This document shows, in pieces, positions 26,950 to 48,427 of a DNA stretch of 64,000 bases. The notes beneath the pieces were generated by a model. The model was not told the DNA's origin. It did not search any database and worked only from the letters and a program-made list of their open reading frames with translations. Both the position numbers and the translations under genes were made by a program. The DNA is from Chrysomallon squamiferum (Eukaryota; Animalia; Mollusca). The DNA lies in contig CM022669.1 of assembly GCA_012295275.1 (NCBI GenBank), positions 10,540,001-10,604,000 of the forward strand. Reading direction: 5' to 3'. Position 1 is the stretch's first letter; each line of letters starts with the position of its first letter.

Positions 26950-29123
26950 CTATATTTTTCTTAGTATTATTATGATAAATCTTTTTTTTTTCACAGATTG
27001 TATCTTTTCTGAGATCACTGACATTTATAACTGATTCAGGCTTTGTTCCCACTTTTCTGAACCGAGATCTTCTAACAAGGTAAATAACACCACAGTGACA
27101 TTTCTGTTTTAATTTATTACTTTATAATTACTTATTTGTGAACAGTAATGCTATAACCAAATAGACAAACATAGTGAAGTCTGTTTAATTATTATTATAT
27201 TATTATTATTATTAATTATTGTCTAATCTGCACTCACATTTATTATATATTTTCCCAATAATTTAAAAAAAAAAGGAAAAAATAATGTATGTAACTTAAT
27301 ATTAAGTGTTTTTAAATGTAATTGAAAAAGAGGTTTTAAAAGCTGTAATATACTATGTGTTTGTGTGTCTATTTGCAAATATGTATATATGTATGTTTCA
27401 ATATATATATGTATGTATGTCTGTGTGAGTGTATGTATGTGTCTGTATGTATATATGTATGTATGTATGTTTGTATTTTTGTTTGTATGTATGTATGTGT
27501 GTATGTGTGTATGTATATATGTGTGTATGTATGTATCTATGTATGTATGTATGTGTGTGTGTATGTATGTAGTATATATGTATGTATGTATGTATGTATA
27601 GATTTATGTATGTATTATACATATATTTAAATGGATGTGGCCTATGTTTTTCAGCTACAGCTCCACACTGCCTAAGCTACTTGTCAGTATCTACGATGAG
27701 CTGATGCAGCCATTACCTGACTCACTGGCTGCGTTTGGATCCCCTCAATCCAGTTCTAACCTGTCTGTGTTAGACAGGTCATGTTCTAGTCACCTTGACG
27801 ACAGTCTGCTGTCAATGTCACAGCCACTGTCAGACAAGTCTGACATTCTCCAGTCGCAGTCATCCAGAACTCTCAGGTATTGTCAGAAATGTCTTTCTTA
27901 ACTTATTCTTTACGTCCTGTCGTCTAGAACTGACATATTTTATCAAAGAAATCATAAGTCTTTGGGCTAAAATTACAGTCTTGGGTTGTTTTTATGTTAA
28001 TTTTATAAGGTTTAATAAATAAATAAATAAATAAATAAATAAAAATTAATTAATAAATAAAAATAAAAAAGTAAAATATATATATAAAGCTGTAATTTGG
28101 ATATTCAGGTTGTTTACCCTGTGTATCCATACTGATATTTTGATTTTAAAAGAAATGTTTAATTAATTTGTTTGTTTTGATTCGCTAATGTTGTTAAATC
28201 ATTATCATTGTTATTGTTATTGTTACTATTACTAATATTATTATCATTATTGCTGTTATTATTGTTATTATTATTGTTATTGTTATAACAGGAGTCGGAA
28301 ACTATCACACCACCCAAGTTTAGACTTTGGTGCTAAGAAGCAAATTGTTGTGATGAAACCTGTAGTAAACAAGAAGGTAAGTGTGTTGTTATTAATACAA
28401 TATAGGCCATAGTAAAATAATTTTATACTCATTGTTTGTTATTCAGTGTGAAATCCATTCTCAAGGACCAGTTTATTCTTGATTAAAAAATTATGATGTT
28501 TTGGGGTGGTTTGTTTGGATTTTTTTTATGTGTTTTTATTTTATTTTATTTAAAAAAAAATTATTTTATTTATTTATTGTTTGTTTTTTGGTTTATTTAT
28601 TTATGTAAATATTAGTCATGAGAATTAAGAATTATAATTACTGATCATTAAGTTCTTTCAGGTAGACTAATTTTCTGAACTTTCAAAACAATATGGTAGG
28701 AATGAATTTGCATAGAAGAGAAAATAATTTTTTTATTACAAGGCACAAATAACTAATCAGTTAAAATTCAGAAATTTAAAAACATTCACACAATCCCTAC
28801 AAGAAATCCCCATCATTGTTCATTATATCAAACTAATACTAAATACTGAAAATAGATGTAAAGCAATACATACTGAATAAAATTATTTTCAGGATAAAAA
28901 ACCAACCCAAAGTAAAGGTTCTCAACTGTCAACACGAAGCAGAAAGGAGAAAGAGAAAGTCAAACAGAAATCAGGTATTTATTTTCACTCAAGTGTGTAT
29001 CTTACCTTGTAATACAGTCTAATTCCATATCTTCTAAATATATTTGTTTTATTTTATTTTATTTTATTTTATTTTATTTTATTTTATTTTTATTTTTTTT
29101 TTTTTATTTTATTTTTATTTTTA

Positions 29124-29154
<31 letters not shown>

Positions 29155-32100
29155 TTATTTTATTTTACAAATAAAACTAATAATAAAAAATGGATATATT
29201 ATTTATTTGTTTATTTATTTATAACAGAGTCATAACAGTTATAGATAATTATGGAAAGTCAGTTTTCTTTAAACTATGGCAGTTACACAGTGTCCTATTA
29301 GTCTTTCAGTATTACTGTTATTTATATTTATTTATTTTATTTTATATTATTTTTTACATTTTTATTTTGTCTCTGATTTACACTATATTCTAAATAAAAT
29401 CCCCAAAGAATGAAAAAATGAACTTGTAATATTTTATTTGTTTTTGTTGTGTGATAAATCATTTTGCATTTTAGATGTAGTAAAAGTGAGAAGGAACTTG
29501 TTTGATGGAGACAGGTCAAAGCTGGAGAGGCGTCAGTCTGTCACTGTTACTGAGTGTGTTCGCAGATCTCCGAGAAAAAAACTGTCATCTTTGTTTAAAA
29601 GTCCTCAGTGTGAGTTTTAGTAAAACTTTCTGATTTATTTGTTTTATCTGTCTGTCTGTCTGTCTATATCTATATCTATATTTATGTATAATATATCTAC
29701 GTGTGTGTGTGTGTATCTGTGTGTCTGTATTTTTTTTTAAACATAATTTTTTTCTTTAAAATTTTGAATTAACTGTTAGTATTCATACTAAGAAGTTAAA
29801 TCAAACCTTATTATGTTTATTTAAAAAAAATTTGATTTAAATTTTATAAAGTAAATTATATCAGGTGCTACTTTTTTATATAATTATTTCAAAATTAATA
29901 GGTTGATAAAAAATCAGATGTTTAATGATTATTTAGTAAATATCACTGTATGAAATTTTTACATACAGCTTCAAAATCTCCCCGACTGAGAAAGAAAGTA
30001 GCTGAGACTCCCACTCACAGACAAACTTCTCATGCTGCTAGAAGAAAATCTGAAACGGTGGAAGACATACAGGTTGTTTCAGAATCTCCACTGAAAACCA
30101 GTCCAGGTATACTGCTTTTTTAATTAATTAACTTTAAAATCAGACAATGCTCACTCAGTATTCTTATATAGAAATCAAAGTTATGTGTTTTAGTTATTTC
30201 TGTCTGCTTTTAATCAAGTCCTGGAACTGATTTTCATTTACATACTCAAATATTTCTAATCATTTTGTGTCATTTGTTCAAAACCAACACTATCTAATAG
30301 GCAGAGAGGTGAAAATTTCAGAATTAAATACTCCTAGAGCATTCGCATTTTCTCATTAGTGATGAAAGCTGTAGGTATACCTTTGTATTTCACATTATGT
30401 AATAAATTTACATTTTAATGTGTACAACAGATTTCAGTTTGAATGATACATTTTTTTAGAATACTGACAAATATTTGATTTTATACGTTCCTTCATTTTT
30501 GATATTTGACATATTAGTTTGATTTGTTTAGTTTCTTTTCTTGGTATTTAACTATTCATGTTTGATGTAAAAAAAAAATGTTTATTATTTCTTACAGGTA
30601 ATCTGAGTAAGTACAGCCCTGCTAGAAGCAAGCATGCTATAAACATGCTTCGTCGTTCATTCTACTCAGCACAGCCTCGAAGTCGATCTCGAAACTTGTC
30701 CAAATACATGGAACTGGCTCGCAAGATTGGTGGAAGTCACAGACTTTCTTCAAGTCAAAGTCAGTCTACACTGGACAGTTCTGGGGAGCTTGTGTCTCCT
30801 ACCAACCAGTCTACATTCTTGTTTTCTCAGCTTGTAGGAAGTCCATCACCTCAGGGCAAGTTCAGGAAAGATGGTGAAAATAGTCATAGACAGACTATAG
30901 AAGACTCGCCTTTCAAAAACACAAGATCAAAAACTCCCAAAAAGAAATTCACTCGAATGCTGTCATTTGACAGTCCACAGAATAAAAAGATCAACCAGCG
31001 AGAGAATGAGAGTCAAGGTAGTCATTCTTTACACGAAACACCCAAAAAGCCACAAACCAGATCAGATTTGTCTTGTAGTAGATTAGTTTCTCCAAGTAGT
31101 GAGGTGAAATTATCCGATTCTCCCGAGCATTTAGCAAATGATGTCAATATTTCCTCTTTTGCTGCTGCTACGACTCCTGTAAGATCATCTAGAAATGAAC
31201 CTTTCTGTAACAGAACACCAGTGAAAACAAACTCTGCAGACCATGATGAGCATAGAAGATTAGCAGAAGAACAGTCACCTGATGGAAATGTTTTAGAATC
31301 ATCCACTGATAACCCGAGGTTATCAAGAACATCAAATACGTCTCAGCCGTTCACTCCACAGACAACAACATCTCTGACATATTTTGGTACACCAAAAAGA
31401 CGTACAATTAGCTCTTTCTTCAAAAGTTTTGATTCAAAACACAAGTGTTCAGATCCTGTCAAATGTGGTCAGTTTTCTCCACAAACTGTAGCTGATCCTT
31501 CAACCCCAAGCAGACAGGAAACTAACTCCAACTGGACCAACTTGCAGTCTACACCCATTAGGAGTGGGAAGAGCCCATCTGGCACTGATAAAAGTCCTGT
31601 AACACCATTAAAAACTCCCAAGTCCTGTCTAGTTTCTCCTAGAGTTAAGTCTCCTTTCATCTTGTCTCCTGATAAAAGAGTTCATTTTGAGAAGGATGAG
31701 GTTAGAAATGTCTGTAAGAATCTTGTTATCAGTAATACTGGTGATAAACCCTTGCTGCAGAAACTTTGCAATGAGGTGAGTGTTAACAGCAAAACCACAT
31801 CACCAGATGCAGAAACCAGATCAAAAAACATTCAGAGAACACCATCTCCTAGTAAGAGAAAACCAATGAAGACTCCAGATTCTCTAGACAAATGGCCAAG
31901 AAAGAAAAAACGTTGGGTATCTCCAACAGAAAAACTTCATGTTGAGAAAGATGCTGTTACTGACAGAGACCAAGAGAACAGAAATCTCTGTAGCTTCTCT
32001 CTCCCAGCAAACAACAGTGAAGGTTTTATTCCAGGAGTGAAATCTGAAGGAAATGGGTTAGAAAAACCTGCCAGGCCAAGACCAGTGAAGCGATCTCTTC

Positions 32101-32828
32101 AGTCCCCATTGACACCATGTAGAAAGAGGCCGAGGATGTCACTCTCTGAGGCTGAAAATGACATCTTCGGATGCTATGTCATATCAAATGTTTCTTTAGA
32201 TGACAGTGATGACAGTGTTGATGCTGAAGCAGCACTCTTGCAACCAGCTACAACTACAAATGGTGAAGTTATCTTGCCTAATACCAACATACCTTTAAAC
32301 AGTGAACTTCAAAATAAGTTTTCTGAAAACCACATTGTCTCCTGTAATGATGAGGAAGTGTTAAAAAATTCTAAATCATCATCCTGTTGTAATGGAAACC
32401 AAACTGCAGAAGGATCAGATTCTCCAATGTTCCACAGACGTCCTTCCAGACAGTTGACAAGACTGAAGTCCAAAGAAGAAAGTGAAAATGACACTAGCAA
32501 ACCCAGTTTTGATTCAGAGCTAAGTCAGGGGTTTGTCATGTCTGAAAGCCATGAGAAATCAGAAGAAGATCATTCTGTATTGCCTTCTCCAACAGTTAAC
32601 AGGAAAAGAGAAGCTTCAAGCAGTAAATCATCACTGAGTAGCGAAGTCTCGCCACAACAAGTGAAGTTCTCTCCAGTTTCAGCACGAAGTCTGATTCATT
32701 TGATGCACTCTCCTCTGATTCAGTCTTCACAGTTTGATTCTAATGGAGCTGAAACAGATGGGCTCCTGTCACCTCACAGACACAGACATGTCACAAAGTC
32801 AAAGAAAATGTTGAATTTACAGAATTAG
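19173..32828 (+). CDS. TICRR: Treslin (TopBP1-interacting checkpoint and replication regulator), ~1837 aa
   Basis: Exons: 19173 (or ATG at ~19197)-19922, 20321-20603, 20860-20929, 21146-21322, 21542-21692, 22387-22497, 22986-23290, 23646-23773, 24269-24484, 24845-24993, 25768-25877, 26243-26330, 26997-27079, 27655-27876, 28292-28376, 28893-28974, 29475-29609, 29969-30106, 30598-32828. The phases join into one 5514-nt ORF. Treslin hallmarks: N-terminal VLFLIDT..WCYKFYSS..FEEFEKQL..FVFLF..WVDTS; LQILLRLE in the Sld3/Treslin domain; KVRRNLF; paired CDK sites VAETP and VVSESP; KWPRKKKR; long S/T-P-rich terminal exon. Confidence 0.9.
25001..25270 (+). repeat. Degenerate ~60-80 bp minisatellite starting just after the TICRR exon-10 donor
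   Basis: Four copies of cagaataa(c/t)ataatct..tagtttaa(c/t)aa at about 25002, 25061, 25139 and 25219. Confidence 0.65.
26871..26946. repeat. (CT)n microsatellite
   Basis: Perfect dinucleotide run. Confidence 0.95.
27354..27620. repeat. Degenerate (TATG/TGTG)n microsatellite
   Basis: Low-complexity run in a TICRR intron; it explains the spurious CMYV and HTYI ORFs in the track. Confidence 0.9.
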
Positions 32829-34600
32829 AAACAGTTCACCTTCTAGTTTGAACTGAAAATATCAATCATGCAAGACTAACATTTAAAAAACATTATTATC
32901 ATTTTATTATTATTATTATTATTAAGTATCAGTATTAACAGAGTTCAGATTCACAAAAACATCCAACTTAATAATTTACTCGATTTTCACACAACATTGT
33001 AATGTAAATGTACCCCTTATCAGTTTTGTATGCAGCAAAGCAACATGAACTTTTTGTTCTATTTAGCAATAAATTAAAACAGTTGCCAAACCAACTAATG
33101 TAGAAAGATTATATGAATGTTTTGGTTGAATTTTCCAGGAAGCTAAAGTTTTCAGAGGGTGATATTGTGTTTGTTGCTTTATTAGCATTCAATAATGTCT
33201 GAGATTGTTGTTCTTTTCTTTACAATAATTTTTGTAGAATTTGCAATGAAGTTGTTAATATAATTCCAGGTTTTTAAAGTGACATTATTTATTTATTCAT
33301 AAAACATGTTAATTTGTTGTGAACTGATTCTAATTTAATTATAATCATTATTAAATTATAGTCATGAAGAATAAATTGTGTACATTATAAATAATGTAAA
33401 TACTGTTTAAAACTGATACAGCATTTCTAAAATACCTCCTCATTTATTTATTTACATCATAGTTTTATCTGTGAAACTATTTTTTTTAAACGTAATTTAT
33501 TGTTTTCATGTAGAAGCAGATAAAATATTTTAATTAGGAAAACAAATAAAACAGGGTTAATGTCAGTTATGTATTAATAATTATAAATATTTTAAAATTA
33601 TTTAACACAGCTTCATTAGTGTAGTTCCTGAAACAATTTATAACATTTTCTCTTGTAATATTAAAAATATTTTATTTATTAATTATTATAATGCTGGTAT
33701 ATATTTTACATGTTGAACTGTTTAATGTTAAGTGTTAGAAAACTTTATAATTATATTGTTCAATTTACAGTAATAAATACAGAGTATTTTATGAAAGTGT
33801 TGTCATTTTTAGTGAAAATACATAATCTCTTACCAGCCCTCCAGTTTCATCTTTTATTTATTATCTGAAATAGATACATGATGGATCGGTATCTAAAACA
33901 AATGTGTTTATTTGCATGATTATTATTATTATTATACAGTGTTAAGAAAATGTAGACACGTTTCAATGTAATATAAAACACGTACCTTATATTTCGGCCA
34001 TGAGTTTACCTGATACTGATCACAACGTAATATTAAATGACTATTCCATTGATTAACCTGTGTTCAAGGTTATATTTAACGTCATAATGCAATGTGATTA
34101 TGACGTCAACAATGGCTGATTACAATATGAGCGTAAAATCACAGTCCCGGATATCTAAAATTACAGTGAGCTCATTTATTTATTTATTTTATAAGTTTTT
34201 ATTGTTGTTGTTGTTGCTGCTGCTGCTGTGTTTGTTGTTATAATTATTATGTTGATATTGATGTTAAGATTGTATAGCTGATTTTGTTCTTTTATCTAAC
34301 TATATTGCAAACACAAAAGTTACATGTCTGCGACAAATTTTGTATTTATGAAAGACATTTATCGATAAAAATTAAATAGCGTAATAATCATGTTGGTATA
34401 AAAACCATCTAAACATTACGACAGTTACGCTCAAACATATTTCTGTCATATCAAAGTAAATTGCAAACCTAAGTTCATGACAGCAGCCAAAGATCATTAC
34501 TCAAATTTAGCATATCTTAAAATATCGAACAAGTCAAACACTGAATTTGAACATAGATATTCTTTATTAGAATTAATTCACAAGAATAAAATTGATTAAT

Positions 34601-34631
<31 letters not shown>

Positions 34632-35552
34632 TTTTTAATTAATGATACATGACAGTAAAGAATGTGAAATATTTTATTTATAACACCTATCAACTATCTG
34701 AGATCAATCCTTTTATCAATTTTTTTCTATCAATTTACAAATTAAATTTGGTTCTCAAAGATTGTACAATGAATAAATAATGAAGTTTTTAAATTGTTAG
34801 TTTTTCTGTTCATACGTGAGAAGATGACTCGGTTCTTTATAAACACAGAAATAATCATTCAAAAAATAATAAAATAAAATAAAATAAAAATATAAATAAA
34901 AAACATCCTGATTTAGAAATCGTTACCTCTCTGGCATCTTAAACACGAAACAAAGCAAATCCTGCTTAATTTTCAAACCGTCTGCAGTCGACATCACGAT
35001 GGTATGCAAAATTGCAGTTATTATATTGTTTCTGGGAACAATGTCACTGCTCACTGGTATGACATAGGTTAGAAGAGCACACTAGTATCACATTCTGTCC
35101 AACGATCAAAATAGTTTCATTTCTAACAACCTTTAACAATGGAAACTGTCTGTAAGTGCTCAAGGCAGACCTGTATCTGCACATTCAGTCAAATTAAACA
35201 ACTGAAATGAAGGATGACCGACTTCTCTGTTTGATTTACTATTTCAAGTTAAAAGTTTATTTTGTTTCTTCATCATCATCATCGTCATCATCATCATCAT
35301 CAATTTCTTCTTCTTTTTCTTATTATTTTGTTTCTACTTCACTTTCTGCCATTTTGTTGACAGTCAAAATTTACTTTCTTTTTAAGCTTCTTCGTTTCTT
35401 TTCCATTCTTTTTTTTATTCATTCATTCATTCATTCATTCATTCATTCATTCATTCATTCATTCATTTATTTATTTACTATCTTTAATTTATTTTCCTTA
35501 CAATATTTTCGGTTGTTTGCTCTTGTTTTCCAATGTTCTTTATTAGCCTTTT

Positions 35553-43150
<7,598 letters not shown>

Positions 43151-44780
43151 CTTTGTCTCTGTGTAGATAAATCCTTCTCACTGGACTGGATTCTTCACGA
43201 AAGGGACTACTAGTATCTAAACACAAAATATCAGAGAACGTAATGATCAATATCGTCATCGTTATAATTCATCATCATTGTTGTTGTTGTTCTTATCGCT
43301 ACTTCTGCTGTTATTAATTAATTTATTGTGTTGTAATTGCTGTTGTTGTTATTATTGTTGTATTATTACTAAACTGCAGACTTAACCGCCCCAGAACTGA
43401 AGAGTATTATGATTTAAATCTATTGGAAGAATATAAAGGTGCTTCGATATCAGAACAAATGAAAAATCTTCACGTTATAAACAAAGTCAAACAACCCTAA
43501 CTCCACCCACATGCGCACGCACACTCACGCACACAATTTTCAGAACAGAGAGACAATACCTATTGCGTGAATATACCCTTTAATAATATATATACCTGAA
43601 ATAACGTATATTTATTTATTTATGTTGTAACTGATTGAGTTAAATCATGGTCACGCCTTTCTCTTAGAACATGGTATTTCGATTTCGACATCACTTAGTC
43701 TCTCCGGTATTATACTGGATATCAATGTTAGTCTGTATGAAATAGTTAAAATGAAACACATAGTGTCAGAAAGCTTTCAAAATATACGGATATGGTTAGG
43801 ATTAAATGTCAGACATTGTTTAGTTATGTAGATTTAACTTGGATGGAGATTAAGAGCGTTGTTAGAAACATTAAAAAAAAGAGGAATATATAAAAATATC
43901 AAAACCATAGCTTATTGTTACCAAAATGATTAAAAAACTGCAAATAAAAATAGAACAACAACAGCAACAATATTTATAATTATTTGAAGTAATAAATTTA
44001 AAAAAAGTTTATTACATTTAGAATGAATCACCATTATCTGGATAATTGTATATTTTACGACTGTCTATAATGACAGTAACAATAAAATAAAATATTGTGC
44101 TTAAAAAATAAAAATAATATTAACATTCATCCACAGACAATTATCATAATTAGATTATTGTCATTATACACTTAAATCTAAACTCTGTTTACACAAGTTG
44201 AACAAAATTAATAGGAAACATTTCAATAATGCATGGTATAATTATTTAATATTTGATAATATATTACTGTTCTATCAGTAAAATGAAAAGTTAACTCTCA
44301 ACCCGCGTACCAACACGATAATTAACATTTAGTTAAACTTCTGAACATGACACTACGCTGAAATCTAATTTAATATAAAGAAGATATGACAATTTGTTAT
44401 AATTATTATATTATTTACTAGATGTAATTAATCATACACGCCGGAGTTTACGGACCCGAGTGTATTAAAGACCAGTCCAGGAAACAAAAAGAAAATACAG
44501 CATTACGTTCTCACCTACCTCATTACTTAAAACGTAAATCCTTCACAAAATAGCCGGACTTGTTAGTAACAGTATTCCCGCTCTTCGCGTGATGCCCGTT
44601 TTATTGTCAGTGATGATGAAGGCCGTAGCAACGCAAAATAAACAAGATTCGAGACTGCGGCGTAACGATGTTTTCATGTTCCGACTGACTGGACTGGAAC
44701 TTGGTTACGCCAGTACACCGTTTTCTAAGTGACAGGGTTTGATCATGTAAGCAAGGTGAATGAAACATTGTTGTGGCTAC

Positions 44781-45048
44781 TTAACTGGGTCAAGGACAGG
44801 GAAACTTAATACTTTTTTTTTTTGAATACAGTGTTTGATGGAACATTGTTGTTAGGCAGATTTAACAGTCAGATATTTGTTTTCACTTATTTATTTAACT
44901 GGGTCAAGGACAGGGAAACTTAATATTTTATTTTTTTTTTTTTTTTTTTTTTTTAGTACAGTGTTTGATGGACTTTGGTGAAGTTGTGTTGTTGTTATTA
45001 TTATGTTACAGATTTAACAGTCAGATATTTGTTTTCACTTATTTATTT
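44781..45048. repeat. Two-copy tandem duplication (~115 and ~155 bp)
   Basis: ttaactgggtcaaggacagggaaacttaata..tacagtgtttgatgga..cagatttaacagtcagatatttgttttcacttatttattta occurs twice. Confidence 0.9.
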
Positions 45049-45117
45049 AGTTAGTTTTTTTTTCACTAAATGAAAATGATTTAGGATCTCTATGCCCACT
45101 ATAATTCATGATTATTA

Positions 45118-45866
45118 CAGTAATGCCTCGGTTTAACGATGTAATTGATTCCAAATTTCCGATTGCTGTGTGGTATCGTTAAGCGGCAGACTAATTTACC
45201 AGCCATTCTTCATTGTCACCTTCATATTTGTCTTTAAGTGTCTTAAAAATAGATCCTGCTTTTATATAATAGATCTTAGCATATATGACAGCTTCAGTCA
45301 TAATAGGCATGTTTAATCGATATGCTTGATCACTTACCCATACCTACAAAAGTTTTTCCATGTGAGGAATAAAACTGACCATCTCTTTTTTTCGTACCTC
45401 GTAGATTGCAAGGAGTGAGTTCTTTTAATCTCATTCAAATATTTTTCTTTATCCTTTTAAATCGTCGATACTATTGACTGACACAAACAAAATTTGGCAG
45501 CCAAGTCTTTTACGGATTCACCGGTTTAGTGTTCATTTAAAATATCGTATTTTGTTGATAAAGTTATTGTCTTCCGTTTCTTTATAATCATCAATATTCG
45601 CCGGTGTACTATCTCTTTGTTTTGACATATTGGAAGGGTAAATTTCAAAAGGGTTAAGTCTAAATGGAAGCAGAAGAGAATCTGAACACCACGTGCACGT
45701 GAGACGTCTGCGTGTCAACTGATCAACAGCTGAGAGAAGCTTTAGCGCGTGACTGAACGAAAAATGAATGAAAGACGAACGAAAAATGAACGGACTTTAA
45801 CACATGCATTTTATCCATTTGTATCATTTATTTCGAGCAATTAACTATTAAATTTCTATTTATATA

Positions 45867-45897
<31 letters not shown>

Positions 45898-45951
45898 GAT
45901 CGTTAAAGCGGGATATCGTTAAGTGGGAGATCGTTAAACGAGGTATTACTG
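45118..45951. mobile_element. Tc1/mariner-pogo (Tigger-like) non-autonomous element, ~834 bp
   Basis: Near-perfect TIRs CAGTAATGCCTCGGTTTAACGAT and reverse-complement CAGTAATACCTCGTTTAACGAT. TA target-site duplication on both sides, and three subterminal ATCGTTAA repeats at the right end. Confidence 0.88.
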
Positions 45952-47157
45952 TACACACACAATCACACACACACACCCACATTTCCAACCTCTTCATATC
46001 TGTTTGTTTGTTTATCTTTAAATATTTACAAAGTAAAAGAAACAGGCAAAGAGAAACGGTCACAGACTACTGCTATTCCTGCTGCTACTACCACTAATAA
46101 TAATCTAAATTAAGTGCTTCGAGTTAAAATAAAGCGTATTATATTTTCTCCCTATTTACTGACGTTTGTATTGTGGAAACTGGATGTTGACAAACAGGTT
46201 AAACTGACTGATAAAAATAAAATCTCTGATAATTTAAACAATAAAAATCATTAAATGAATAAGAAAACTACAATAATAATTTAAAAAATCAATAAAAAAA
46301 AGTTACTTACGTAACACCAACAAGCAATTTCTCTTCAGTTAAAATCGACAACAAATTTTATTACATGATGTGTTTTTCATGTCGCTTAGGTCGATAAAAT
46401 GATCATTTTTACTTTGTTAAATGTGTGTTTTTTTATTACCAGAAAAATCTTAAAAACATGAGCACATTATAACGTCTACCGTACGCCACTATATTCCACT
46501 GAATACTAGCTCCGTATCTACCAGCATAAATTTATGAACGACCATTAAGACACATCCAACTTTTCGTTCGTTTCCACGACAACAACATGCAAACATACAT
46601 CGGAAAACAATAAAAATGTTTGGTGAACGTTTATAAATTAGTTTTTTTTTTTGTTGTTTTTGTCAGCACCGTTTTCTTTAAGGACAATGATTATTGTAAT
46701 GTGGAGTATGTTTCATAATGCTTTGCGAAGTAATTCATTTAATGTAATCTTTGTCTTGAAGTATTGTGTAGACCGGGTCGATAGGTTTTATACGTGTTTT
46801 TATATATTACTTAGCGAATTAAAAACTGTCATAGAAAATATTATGTATCGTGTTGTTTGTCAGATATGATGTTTTAATTACTTTACGTGCAGAAATGAAA
46901 TCCAGTGGTATGTAATGTTTGGTTACATGGGAAGTGGCCGTATTCAAGAACGATATATTTCATTATCGTTGCAATGTATTTCATGCTAATAATGTATACT
47001 CAAGAGATTTTTAAAATATTTATTGATTTATTGATTATTGGTGGTATTTTTAAAAATCTGTTTACGCACCAACAGATCATCTGCAGAGACTCAAATATCC
47101 TGTCATAGTCACAGGTCTCTATATCGATAGCAATATATTGTTGGTATTTCTTTAGAG

Positions 47158-47194
<37 letters not shown>

Positions 47195-47251
47195 TTAGTA
47201 TGGAGTAAACCTAATATACCTTTAACAACTTTCAGGTGAAGTTTCTGAGTT

Positions 47252-47450
47252 GGCCTGATGCATGATCAGTCGCTGGATCAACACTCCTTATCGTTTTGTT
47301 TTCCTCATTTACATCTTTTAAAGCGGACTTAACAAAGGGTCTGGTATATGTTTCCACGAGGGTACCTTGCTGCAAGATTGGTTAACATAGCCTATGGACC
47401 AGTCTACTCTGTAGGTTACACTGAACAAGGAATCTTTTATATGCACCCCA
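47252..47450. mobile_element. Degenerate SINE-like fragments
   Basis: gcctgatgcatgatcagtcgctggatca, aaagggtctggtatatg and aaggaatcttttatatgcacc resemble gastropod SINE head and core motifs (from memory). Confidence 0.35.
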
Positions 47451-47879
47451 TGAAATATATACATATACACACACATACTTTATAGTCTGTAGTCTTAGCA
47501 GATTTGCTACTTTCATAATTATCATCATTTTACAAGAATCGAAAAGACATGAGTGTTTAAAAGGGTTTAAATGTTGTTAATATTACTTATATATTAATTA
47601 ATTAATTAAATAATTAATTAATAATAATAATAATAATATAAACTTTAATTTTTTTTGTTTAAACCTTCATAATTAAATAAATATAATATTACGAATTAAT
47701 AATAATATGGAGAAGAACAAGAAGAAGAAAAATAATCTGTCTGCCAACTTCTACAAATATATTTTCGTCATCAGATATTTGACGCTGTTATAACGTAATA
47801 ACGTAAACAAACGCAGCGGAAGAATTTGACAAATAGCCCGTCTTTTGTCAGATGTAGAAAAAATTATTAATTATCTGTT

Positions 47880-48427
47880 TGACGTCAAAAGTGATCGTTC
47901 ATTTATCAGGTGCTAGATAGGACATGGTTACAAACACTTGTGTAATTAAAGTTCTGACGTCATGTTGCATGTTGTTAATAATACAAAATAAAAAAATAAA
48001 ATAAAATATAAAATATAAATTAATCTTACATGGAACCGAACATTAATTAATTAATTAATTTATTGTTAAATTGTGGGCATACAGCGTTGCATTAACCCAG
48101 GGGATAAAAAATAAGTTTTAAAATAGGAAACCCGAACATGCCATGTTCTTTCGAATTATATAATTTTTGGGATGTCAACAATAATTTGACGTCTTTGTTG
48201 CCAAGCAAAATATAATGGTGCAATATTAATTCAGAAATTGGAAGTTGCGAATCGATATACTGTGTGTGACGATGACTCACTCTCGCTTTACCATCTCTAC
48301 GAAAAACCATCCTAAGCATTCTGTTTATTAATGTGTGAGTAAATATATAATGTGCAAAATTAAATATTTTTACGAACATCTCCGAACTCTTTGTAGTGCT
48401 CTTTGACGTTGTGTGATTGTGACGTCA
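47880..48427. promoter_or_regulatory. Cluster of CRE palindromes (TGACGTCA) upstream of ALDH7A1
   Basis: Full sites at 47880, 47955 and 48420, plus TGACG half-sites, in a CpG-retaining region. Confidence 0.45.

Noticed and set aside
27355-27630. ORFs rich in CMYV or HTYI repeats
   Set aside because: Translations of a (TATG)n microsatellite inside a TICRR intron.
31022-32500. Minus-strand ORFs of 63-94 aa
   Set aside because: Antisense shadows of the large TICRR terminal exon, with no recognisable motifs.
45690-45701. Tandem E-boxes as a ChoRE (MondoA site, as at TXNIP/ARRDC4)
   Set aside because: A ChoRE needs a 5-nt spacer; these have none and lie inside a transposon.
48092-48379. 95-aa minus-strand ORF
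   Set aside because: No recognisable domain or supporting splice structure; it lies in the ALDH7A1 promoter region.
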